Shown here: one piece after another, positions 13,690 through 25,200 of the stretch | Position numbering within the stretch: position 1 is the first letter of the stretch | Layout: every line of letters starts with the position of its first letter | Source of the DNA: Phoronis australis | Taxonomy: Eukaryota > Animalia > Phoronida | Assembly (NCBI GenBank): GCA_002633005.1 | Contig: NMRA01000342.1 | Span: forward strand, 396,056-460,055 | Length of the DNA stretch: 64,000 nt | Direction of reading: 5' to 3' | Translations under genes and position numbers: made by a program | The notes under the pieces: generated by a model | Database searches by the model: none | What the model saw: only the letters and a program-made list of their open reading frames with translations | What the model was told of the DNA's origin: nothing

Positions 13690-14230
13690 TGTTAGGCCTG
13701 TGCTCTCATTGCCCAATCCAGATGACAGTGTAATAAATGAGACAACACTTCTTCAATTTTATTTGGAATAATAGAAAACCTAGAGTTAGTAAAACAAAAC
13801 GTATACGCGATATTGAACAAGTAGGTTTAAATATGGTCGATATTAAATTCTATGTTCATAGCCCTTAAGGGTTCGTGGACTAAGCGTCTCCTGAAAACTG
13901 ATAATTCTTGGAATAACTTTCCTGTCACATACAAACTGGAAGAGGGGTTAAATTTTGGAAGCAATTTTAACATTGTTACTGGTAACAGATTTTGGCTTGA
14001 TGTTTCCTCGGTATGGAAGAAACTTGAACATGTTTGTTCCAGTAACAGTTTATAGTATTGTTAATGAGCCCAGTGGTTCAAAACAAACATGAAACTTTTG
14101 CTATATTCAACAGTGGTATAAGAATGGTTTAAGAACGTGAGAGATTTACTGAATGATGACTTTACAATCATTGAAAAGAAAAATTTGGTATAAAGGGTAC
14201 GTGTTTGGCAGGCTTGTGAAATCAGTTCCG
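13690..14230 (+). mobile_element. Decayed L1/Tx1-type LINE ORF2 fragment (post-RT region)
   Basis: Frameshifted peptides VLSLPNPDDSV..LLQFIWNNRKPRVS..RDIEQVGLNMVDI..ALKGSWTKRLL resemble the FIW..K..R/GGL..D..ALK..W..RL block of L1/Tx1 ORF2. Confidence 0.6.
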
Positions 14231-16163
14231 CAAATTGAGTTAGATACCTTTTATCGGACTGAATATGTAAAACAATAATGTTATTTATTAATGTAGAATG
14301 CAGAACAAAATCACGTTAACAACAGATGTCACTAATGAAAAATTATAGAAATATAGAACTTAGTTTTAGCAAAATCAATGGCGCATTAGAAAATCACAAC
14401 GAAAAATCGAACTCAGTACAACCATGACGGTGGTAAATGTTAATGTACGTTTGTATTGTTGTATTGTAATTGTCAATTTGTTACAACAAATGTCGGAAAA
14501 AATGTTCACACCATAATTTTGTTCTTAAAATATCGAAAAAGAAGCCACTAAATCGCGCACTAGTTTAGATAGATTTTTCCCTAGGCGGTGACACGAAGTA
14601 TCCAACGCAATATACCCGACTCCCGTTCTTGTCTCTCAGTGTAGTAACCACAGGAGGTTTGCGTAACACGCACTCAACATCTGTAAACACGGCTCGTGTA
14701 AAATACGTCTTTTATGTTGGTCTTGCTCCGGATTCAACGCTCTCAGTATTGTTGACAATAGGCTGAAAGGTGTAGACCGAGGTTGCCTTTGAGGCGATGA
14801 GCATTCAGCTTTGCTTGTTTAGCGCTGAGTCCGATTCAACACTATACGGCTGTACGGGTCAGCGAATGGACAACCATCGTATAAGTGAAGGTCGCTAGGT
14901 AAATATACCAAATTATATCTGGCTAAACAGATAGACAACACCAGTCGATAGGCATCTTTTGCTGTTCAGACCGAGTATAAGAACAAACTAAGATTTTCTG
15001 AATGTTTCTATCGTAGTGACCTAAAGTGTGTTTTTGTCGTGGTGAAAGCTCTGCGTGACAAAAGCAAAAAAGGAGTGTTGAATGGCTGTTGTTTCTATAT
15101 TTTGCATGTTTGTCGCGGAATAAGACCAAGTAGGCAGGTACAAAAATAAGATTGCCAGAGCAGATACATAATGTAAGCATACTACACAAATGGTTACAAA
15201 CAGAATATAGCAGATTTTTATAGTGCAACAGTTAATGCTTTCGATAACAAATATCAATGAAATTGCTCAGAGTTTCTATTTCGTATGTAGACCATTTTTC
15301 ACCGCTTTTCGTTTAACTGACGAGAAACGAATGCCGTGACAAGTCGCAACAGACAGAAACTGAAAGACGAACAGTTTTAAAAGGTTAAGGATATGTAGGG
15401 CCCTAGGAAAGTGTCCAAATCGGAACATCACATCTCAGAAGTAAGACCCTAGAAAAGAGTCCAAATCGGAACATCACATCTCAGAAGTAGACCATCAGAT
15501 ACTACTGTATTGTTCTCCAAAACTCAATAAAGAATTTTTTTTTAATTTTCCATATTTGTATGATGGCCTCTCAAAATCGTGCTTTTATGATTTTTGTGAA
15601 AACCTCAAATGTTACATAAAGCTAAGACAAAATGATAATTTGGAAAACATTAACAGCGTTTTGGGGATTGCATCTTGCAATTTTATATTAGCCAAAATGT
15701 GTTAATGTTATTGATACAGTCGTTTTACTATCGATGTACCGTTCTTTTTCATACATTTTATTAAAAAGGTTGTGGTTACCTAACCCAAAGACAGATCGTA
15801 GTAAAAGTCAAAAATGAAATTCCACATGCTTTTTACTTTCAGAAAATACACACTTTTACTGAGTTAAATTGTTTAAATTTATAAATATTTGCCTAAATAC
15901 TCAGACATGTCGACAATCAAGGTGCAACTTGACCTTAGATATCGTTCAAGTAATGACGGTGGCCCATTGTGATTGATCGAGCACTTTTGCCTGTTCGTCG
16001 AAAGTAAAGAAAAGATCGGTATGGGACTTGGGACGGGCATTGTATTGCCTCGTTGAACACGTATAATTCAGCCAGATCCGGGTGTGATGAATAACAAGAA
16101 CGGTCGTGGCTGTTAGATTAGACGACATCGATTTAACTTAAAAACTTTTTCATAGAGATAAGG

Positions 16164-16218
16164 ATGGAAGCCAAAACGATTTGTTCACTGTGCGTGATGT
16201 TGATCTCAGTAGGTCTAG
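16164..16218 (+). CDS. Ly6-like gene exon 1 (signal peptide)
   Basis: AGGATGG start context, MEAKTICSLCVMLISVGL, strong donor G|GTAAGT, phase 1. Confidence 0.75.
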
Positions 16219-19200
16219 GTAAGTAGATTGTATTTTGGTTTAAGTCGACGGTGGTCAATTCGGGGTTAAATTACCTGATTTCAGGGCGACACATATGACA
16301 CCTGATATCCATTTGGGTTGCAGAACGGAGCATTTTCCTAGTTGTTCAGTCTTACTTATAGAAGCTGCGCGACTAAAATTGGTGATAGACTGTATGCAAG
16401 ATCTCCTCACAGCGACCATTTCGTCACCCTGGTCGTCGGTACTGTGTACACTTCATGATTATCTTACCTAGATCCCTTGCTTACGTGTTGTCATGATACC
16501 CCACACGGGAAACTTAAACTATTCGCAACTAAGGAAAGTGAAGACTATCCCACAGTTAATTATTAAAATGAGAAAAATTCCAAATATCACATTTTAATAT
16601 TACGGCCACACGTAACACAAGCAGCATTTAGTTCAGTGCCTCCATTACCAAATCGCCCTGTATTGCCAACGCTGAAATGTTTGGATCGCTTAGTTACCAT
16701 TAAATCTGAAAAATTGCCTGAAGTTTCTTCGCAAGTATGAGAATTAGAATTGCTAATTCACTCTCGATTACCGATAAACGTCAAAATGCCGTGCCTAAGT
16801 ACAACAGGGCTCAGAATCAAAACATTGTATTCCAGTCGAACTCGAACTTAAATTTGAAACTCTCCCTTTTACTTTTAAAGAAAGTGTATGTTAAGTGTTT
16901 AGACCAATTTCCTGTCTGATGACCTCTAGATTCAAGCTACAAACTCGAGAAAACATTCGAGATTTTGAATAAAAACTCGAAATTTCTATTTCGGACTCTA
17001 ACCCATGGCTACTATGCTGGGGTCATCAAGTGCAAGCTAGGATTAGACAGACATCCAAATAACCATAATGTATTCCTACACAGCATAATACACTCGTATC
17101 TTGATAGTGCACAACAGTAGAACGGAAAATGTCCAAAATAATTTCGAGTTCGGCATCGAGGTAGACTCCCGGCCGTAAATCCACAGCCTGTATACAATAA
17201 CCCTTAAAGGAGAAGGCAACCATTTTCATGTCATTTTTAGCAAAAAAATAAAGTTCGTTGATTATCCCAGACATATTTTTCAGTTAATTACAGCTTTTTG
17301 TAATTTAAACAATTACTCGTCTGCTACTCCATAAGTGACGTTTTGAGAGGCAAGAATTTCACGCCAATCTCTTTTTATATAAACCGACTGTGAGAGCTGC
17401 CGAGCCAGTCATCGCTCTACCGCGGTTGTGATAAGTCGTCATTTGCTTTTGTTTACGAGTCAGTCAACATGCCACACTCTTGCTGCGAACCGGGATGTAC
17501 TCATTATCGTCTCACGGATAGAGCCTGGAAACAACTGTCCCACTTGCCAGAGTGTCCCGCGACACACTCCCACTGGATGGTTACCTGAGCATACAAACTG
17601 CCTACAACCCGCCGTGTGACTCCCTCGCCATACACCTGGCTGTAATTAAGTGAAAAATATGTCTGGTAACCAATGAACCTTATTTTTGCTAAAAATGACG
17701 TGAAAACAGGTTGCGTTCCCCTTTAAGACTTCTACTACTAGGACGAAAACATAATCTAGAATTGTTGCTGTTCTACCTTTTCGTCCGACACCCCCGTCTT
17801 TTGCGCAGTTTCCGACGGGTTGGCGTCCAGTCAGCCGGTCATTGAGCGATTGACATACGGGATTCGATTACGTCAGAAAGTTTTTCCATCTCAAGTTGAT
17901 ACCTTGGTGAACTCAGTCTAGTCAAAAGATAGCGGTAATATATGAAAACATATAGTTGTATCGGAATAAACCGTCATCATTTTGTTGTCAATGTGAGGCT
18001 CCTGAAAACCTCAGTCACTTGCACAAATCCCTAAACTACGTACATGTACGTGGAGGCGACTTATGTAATTTCACCGAACTTGCGTCTGCTTCACCCTTGG
18101 ATCTCAACTGGATTATACCGATTCGAATGTCCTTTGTTACTCTATCCATAGTTAACCTTACTTGGAGTTTCAATGATTCTCGACGTGAAGTCTCGTCTGT
18201 TGCTCAGTAATCACTCAATGGACGGTTTTGTTCAATGGAAAATTCTCAAGTCGCCATGTATGGTTGAACAAACTTCTACAATTTTTATGGCCCATCGTTT
18301 ATTTACAGGGGATTTTCGAAAAGTTTATTATGGTGATGTACAGTCAATAAAAATTCCCCAAGAAAAAAAATTTGGTGGCCTTTCGGAAACTGGATTGTTA
18401 TTTAGCAGTGGGTTTTAAGAGTAAATAAGTGAGACTAAGAACGTCAACTCAGTGCCGTAGCCAGTGTTGGTGGCATCAGAACCGATGATTGTTTTTTTTT
18501 CTACTTTGGTTGACTTAAAACACTCGCCAGAATTCACTTAATCGGCAGTTTGACTCGATAATCTTGAAATATTTAATTTATGATAAAAACTGAGAAATTG
18601 ATGAAATGCCAGGCATGCAAAGTGAATCCGAAGGGTTTATTTTCCCAAGTGTTCGAAAGTCGCCGTGGGGGTTTATGTTGTTGGGGCTGACTCTTGGATA
18701 ATGTCCGATATATGTAGGCCACAACGGTTACCGATTAATGCCGGGAAGACGATGCGTTTCCTACGTGCCACGTCAGAGTTGGTGGTAGAACGGGTCGTTC
18801 TTAACCCCGGGTTCTCTTCTCAACATCCTAAAGTAGGCATGAGTTGCCTTGTCCTCCAGATTCAAGACACCCCTGGGCACGGAACCGAACCTTCAAGTTC
18901 GTTTTCGTACTTAAAATTTTACCGCTGTTTTCTGTTCTACTTAGTAGGAACTCAAAAGACTGCGCTCAAAATTCAGTCTTCGAGTTCATTTTCATTTACG
19001 CAGATACGCAGTCTACAATGAAGTTCGGACTTGGTGGATCCAATATGAAAATTTTGAGCTCAATAATCTTTATTTAGCAGAATACAAAATGTCGAAACTA
19101 AATTCGATTAAAAGTTCCGAGTCCTTTTATTTTGTATTCGAACACATCTTGTTGGTAAGTTATAAAAATTAATAATTAATTATAAAAATGATTTCATTAT

Positions 19201-22200
19201 GAACCAAACTATCCTAATGACTCGCCTATCTTTACTTTCAGTTGCTGGACAAAATTCAACAGAAGGTAAGGTTTTCTGTTTGGTAAACGAAGCGACAGTT
19301 CGTTTTCTCTGGTCACACCCACCCACGCATTTGTTTCTCTTATAAAAAGTTTAATAAATTAGACAGTTGGTGGTTTGTCCGAAACGAACTTAAGTCATAA
19401 TGCGAAGTGTCCGGAGTAAAGGCTTTGTCTATATAAATGCCCACCAAGGCTTTGTTTAGTAAATGCCCACCAAGACTTAGTCTAGTAAAATTGTGATGGG
19501 TGCAATATAGGGTAATATCGGGGTTCCCAACCGACCTATTGCCATATGTGCTCTGTCGTCTGCACTACCCAATGACGTTTTGTTCATAATGACCCGGATC
19601 TATTTTTGTGCAAAAAGTCTTCGATACTGCACTGAACGCTTAGCTTTCAGTGAGGAGGTAGACGCAACGTACATTTGGTATAAAGCTTGATTTTGACAAC
19701 ATCCTTTTAGATCGAGTTTACTAGTTCAGTCATTCATGCATGAAATCTTTTATTGTTAACAATGAACACGTTGCTGTGTGCGCTCCGTTAGCAGGTACAA
19801 CATCCACCCAAGCGGCGGCGACGTCTGCACCAGCGCAGTCAAACAACGGTAACCTGGTGACATTTCTGGGAATTTATTCAATGTACAAGCTAACTACAGT
19901 GGGTTTTTAATATCACAAAATGTTTTCTCTGTGCAATGTAAAGTAGTATTTCAAAGTTACATAGGCGTTTCTCATCAAACTAACAATTACCTATGTATTA
20001 TACTGAGAGACCTGATGACCTTTTAACATGTTATTGAATTTTTCCAAAAATAATCGAAGCAGTAGCCCAGTATGTTGCTGGCGAGACCTGCAACGCTTGC
20101 ACGGTCTAGCTTTTGATACCAGCGCAAATACCAATTAAGAACAAATTCAGCGAACTTTCTTACCTGATTTACAGCAAATTCCCTTACACAGTCTTGGTCC
20201 TAATGAAGAAACGCTCAATAAATTTTGATCAATTTTGTCAATATTAAAACTGCTGTACGAATGCTTACACACCTTCTAATTTTTAGAAGTGGGAAGACAG
20301 AGTGCCTAACGAACTTCCTTAGACTTTACTTTGAGTTGCATAATTTGAAGGATGCTAACTTAGTGTACACTCTATTCCTTAGATACGAACGTGTAGTGTC
20401 TCTCATCAACTTCATCGTCTTCAGCAGTAATAACAACATTGCCTCGTAATGTAGTGAATGTTGCGTGCAAAGCAACCAAACCTAACAGGTCGAAGGTTCT
20501 TCATCCTTTACCGTATACGAATTCTAACATTTCTTACATTTCCTGCATCACGTATCGCTATAATTTATAACTCATTGCCCTGTTTTGCTTTCAACATCGA
20601 AATGTGAATTAAATGAAAATGACAGGTTTTAAAGTTTTATTTGCGACTTAAAATCCGAATTAAATAAAAACAAGGCTTTAAATTATTGCGATATGTTACA
20701 CAACTTCTTTGAATAGTAATTACCCCTATATTTAAATAGTACGTGTTTTAACTTGTGTGCGTGTTTCGTGTCGCTGGTAACAAGAGGATTACGTTATTTT
20801 AATGTTGTCTTCTATGTTTTGCGCGTGTCAGTAGTTTGGTCTGATTATTGTTATGGACTTCAAGAGACATTGTGAAACATGTTTATTATTGGTCTTACGC
20901 ACTGGTTTACTATATACAGTGTATGGAAGACGTTTTATTGTAAACAGCTCTCCCATGCACAAAAGGGTTACGCTATTTTTAACGTTGTTTTCTATGTTTT
21001 GCGAGTATCAGTAGTTTGTTAACGCCTTCATCGACGTTTTTTACAGCTCACGACATGTCATTCATAGGTGAAGGCGGGGCCAAAGTTATTATCGACAAAG
21101 AGGTGCACGTTGTTAGGATCATACTTTTGTTCCTGAATGTGCTGTTGTTGTTCTGCGGTTTATAAGACATAAATTGAACTTGCAGTAGTGCTGTGTTTGT
21201 TGTTAAGGACTATCATATACATGTATCACAACCTTAGCATGTCAGCTTGAAACATCCACGGTGAAGGCGGTTAAGTCATAGAGGAACGATGGCTTCTGGA
21301 GGCACATAATTGCCAATTTATAGTTAATATTTGAACTATTAACAGGAGCGCATAGAAATATCAAAAAAACGAAAAGTTGTGCAGTGGTCAGGAAGTTTTC
21401 TATTTCAGAAAGTTTCACCGCTACATTGGTGTTCGGAAGAAACATAAATTACACGTAGCTGTAATAAGAAGTTTTTGGACAATCAGTTTTCTTATGGATG
21501 CAAAAGAAGCGCATCCCATTCTGAAAATCATTGCCAGTTGTGACTGAATTTTTTTCTGTTTTAGCCTCCACCGCGGAGCCCACGGCTGAATCAACTACAG
21601 GTAACACTGACGTCGTACGTGACCTTGTTAAAGGGATACGCGCTTGCGCAATCTCTCCCTGTCCGAGGGAGAAAAAAATGTATTGGTTGGTCTCAACAAA
21701 TTATTTACCAATCAGTTGTGAGTGCAAGCGCAGATTCTGGCTCGTTGGCAAGTGTTTAGCGTCGAAAATGAACTTTAAGTAATGGTCCCCAATGGTACCG
21801 TGCCTACTACGGCCGGTCACTGAAGAGGTCGCTTTTAGTAGTAATTGCAGGCGGTCGTACCAGACGTGCGCAGGCCTCGCATGTGGGCCCATTGCACTGA
21901 TCACCTGGAAATATTTTTATGCTTTATTAATATATCGTTAAAACCGAGCTGAGGTGCTAGAAACCTGGCTCAAGGGCTTAGCAGTGTGACCTGGTGGGAC
22001 TCGAACCCACGACCTCGAGTAAAGAAAGCGGGCACTTATCAACCAGGCCACACTGCCTCCTCATAGGTCGCTTTAGTTGCTGAATGACTTCTAAATTGCG
22101 CTCTTCCTTGCGTGTATTCCAAATATTGATTGGAACTAATTGGACAGAAGGGCGGGTGGTGTGCCACCATAAATTAAGTGTTATTTCACTACAACCAGTA

Positions 22201-25200
22201 AAGGGGCTACATGCAAAATCCCTAATTTTTCAAATTTTAGAACATCCATAGACCTTGTTAAGATTAGCGTAAATTTACCTTTTATGAGTTTCTGAGTATT
22301 TTTAACTCCTTTAATGACTCACTTTGTGTATTTACATAAAATCCAACGCACACAAATATTGGGAAGTGCGTAACATTTGATCTAAAATCAGCACACTGTT
22401 GCTTCTCACAAAGGCAATAATAGTGGTAGATCGTGAAGGAGAAAAGAATAAAACACGAAACATGAAGTTGTGAAATCTGAGTTTCTTATTTGGGCCAGCT
22501 AAAAGCCATTTTCATCACAGACTTTTAAGGTTAAATTCATCGCTCTACCAAACCTGTATCTTGTATATTTGAAGCATAAGCTCACTATTGTTTGTTACTG
22601 CTGCCTTGCACAACGCAAAAGTAAAAAATTGTTGTTTCTCTCATACTTTTCGAGCAGTTGATTTTATACAACACACACTTTCAGCATTTTTTGAAGGTGG
22701 CACTATTCGTGTGTCTAATTATTAATCCAGCAAGGTGATAAATATTAGACATGTTTAATTCTTCATCAGTAGCGATGGAGATCGGCGGGTGTATCCTAGC
22801 GAATTTATGACAAGGGGTATACGGAAAACCAAAAGAAAAATCTGTCATCAGCAGTCAGTTTTAGGGGAGTGGTCAAACTGAACCAGCATCACTTACACGA
22901 CCTGAGCTCCATTCAGAAACGGTACACAGACGGCGCTGTCCGCAAAGTTTACTTTCATGAATCAAGATCTTGTAGAGCACTCTTGAATGTAGAGAGGTGA
23001 ATCCAGGACCACGAGCAGGAGGTGGGCTTGCCAATGGACTGGCATTTGGTGCATTAAATTACTACAAAATTGGCCCGAGCACGTTACACCGCCCCCTCCT
23101 CTGGATCCATGTTGGTATATGCGGTTTTGAATAACTACATTGTATAGGAATACGCTGGTATTGGTCAACTTTACTGCAAGTCTTTTTACTTGCGGCAGTG
23201 TACTATATAGACCTAATTGGTAGCCATCAATACAGTTGTACAAAATGCGACCTTTTTGAATTTCCATGTACAGAGTGGTGTTTAATTTTAATTTCAATTT
23301 CCTTGTGGATTTTATATGGACGCCCTTTTAACACAATGTGCAAGTTTGGCACAAACGAATTAATTATTCACAATCTGAGACAAGTTTCTATGAACAAGTA
23401 ATCCTTTCAAATTATCAGCACAGACGAGTACTAAAACAAGTTTGAAGAAAATGAAACTTTTTCTTGCCCGGCCTGTTTCACTTGTTACTTCCGGGAGTAG
23501 TGGTCTAAACCCTTGGGTGAAGGTGGTACGGAGACATGTCGCGCCCCCTATGTTCGATCATAATCAAAGGGGAATTTGACTTGCCAGAATAAATAGTGGC
23601 TTGATTTGAGACGTTCTCTCTTTTTCAGCAAAGCCAGTTGCTCCAACCCAAGCACCAGCCTCAACTCAAGGTAAGTCTTTCGAGATGTAAATTTATTCCC
23701 CGAAAAGTGCCACCTTGAGCCAAATAGGAGTATCAAAACGGTTGTAAACCTGCATTTCATCACAGAAATCTACTTTTCACCTTGTCATTTAGATCACTCG
23801 TCGTTATGAAATTGTTCTGAAGCTCTTAATCAATCAAACTAATCGTGCGGGATGGGGTTATAAAATACGCTGTGCTAACAACGTCATTGCGGAAGGTAAT
23901 GGCTGCCACCATGTATACACAAGCAGTACGCGGATGGAGTTTGAGTCTATACAACGTGCCCTAACCAAGCTGTCACTCCTAGACCTGGAGAATCACACCA
24001 TTATCTTTGCCACCGATTCCATGGCAGTGTTGATGAAAGTTCAATCTGGAAACCTCCCAGCCAACTGGGGTGTCTTCCGATCACGCCACCCCCATCATGT
24101 AGTGATCTGGTCTTTCGTACCTGGCCACGCCGGTGTCTTGATTAATGAGCGTGCAGATTACCTCGCTGGCTCATGCACCACCAACCAACCCTTCTACTTA
24201 TCATTCGGCTGACGTTAAGCTGCTGGCCCGCAAACGCAAACTCGAGCAGACTGCATCCCAACTGGCTGAGTTCAATGATGGCAGCCGACTGCTCGAAGCC
24301 GGTATTATTTATGGCCATGCTGCGAAGAGTCACAAGAAGAACCATATGCCCTAGTGCTGTCAAATCCAATGCTTACAGGCAACGTCAGCCCTGGAGTTCT
24401 GCGCCTTCTGCTGTCACGGGGATGGTCTGGGGAGGGGAATAATGCACCAGTATATCCCCAATGATCCTGTCCGTGACAGGTATTACAGGTATTCAAACTT
24501 CAAGGCTTCGAAAAAGCTGACAATTCATTATTGCTTCAGACCATGTTGTACAAGTCGGCTTGTCACAGACCATGTTGTACAAGTCGGCTTGTCACAGACC
24601 ATGTTGTACAAGTCGGCTTGTCACAGACCATGTTGTACAAGTCGGCTTGTCACAGACCATGTTGTACAAGTCGGCTTGTCACGGCTTCAAGAACGGTGTC
24701 GGGGAAACAACGATCTGACAGTTTTTACAAACCCGGAAATCACTTTTCGTTTTGGATTAAGAATTTTATGCTCTGAATGGTTTAAATCGAGCGCTCGCTG
24801 CATAGACAGAGCGCAGGCGCAAAGTCTGCATAGACAGGGCGCAGGTGCAAAGCCTGCATAGACAGAGCGCAGGCGCAAAGCCGCTTCTAGTTACAATCGC
24901 AAAACTCATGTTAAAGGGTTACTATTAGATGGTATAAATTTCTTGAAGTGACAGTGTACTGGCTTTGATGAAAGCTGCGGACCAGCGAAATCTCTGCTTT
25001 TGCGATATTATTACAAAGCGCATATTTTCGACGTTAGTTCCCAGTCATTCGCTTAAATCGAGGCCGGCGAGTGAATCAATACGCTTTAATGATTGTATTT
25101 CTCTGGCTAAAACGGAAATCGAATTTGTGTTGTATATTCATCAAACTGGTCTTCCTTACTGTGACAGGATTCTATATCCCTTGGCAACAACAAAATATGA

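Noticed and set aside
21960-22060. tRNA gene
   Set aside because: Has A/B boxes but no acceptor or anticodon stems, and carries a tail and TSD, so it is a SINE.
24537-24681. 29-bp repeats of CRISPR-like length
   Set aside because: Units are head-to-tail with no spacers, there are no cas genes, and the context is a eukaryotic intron.
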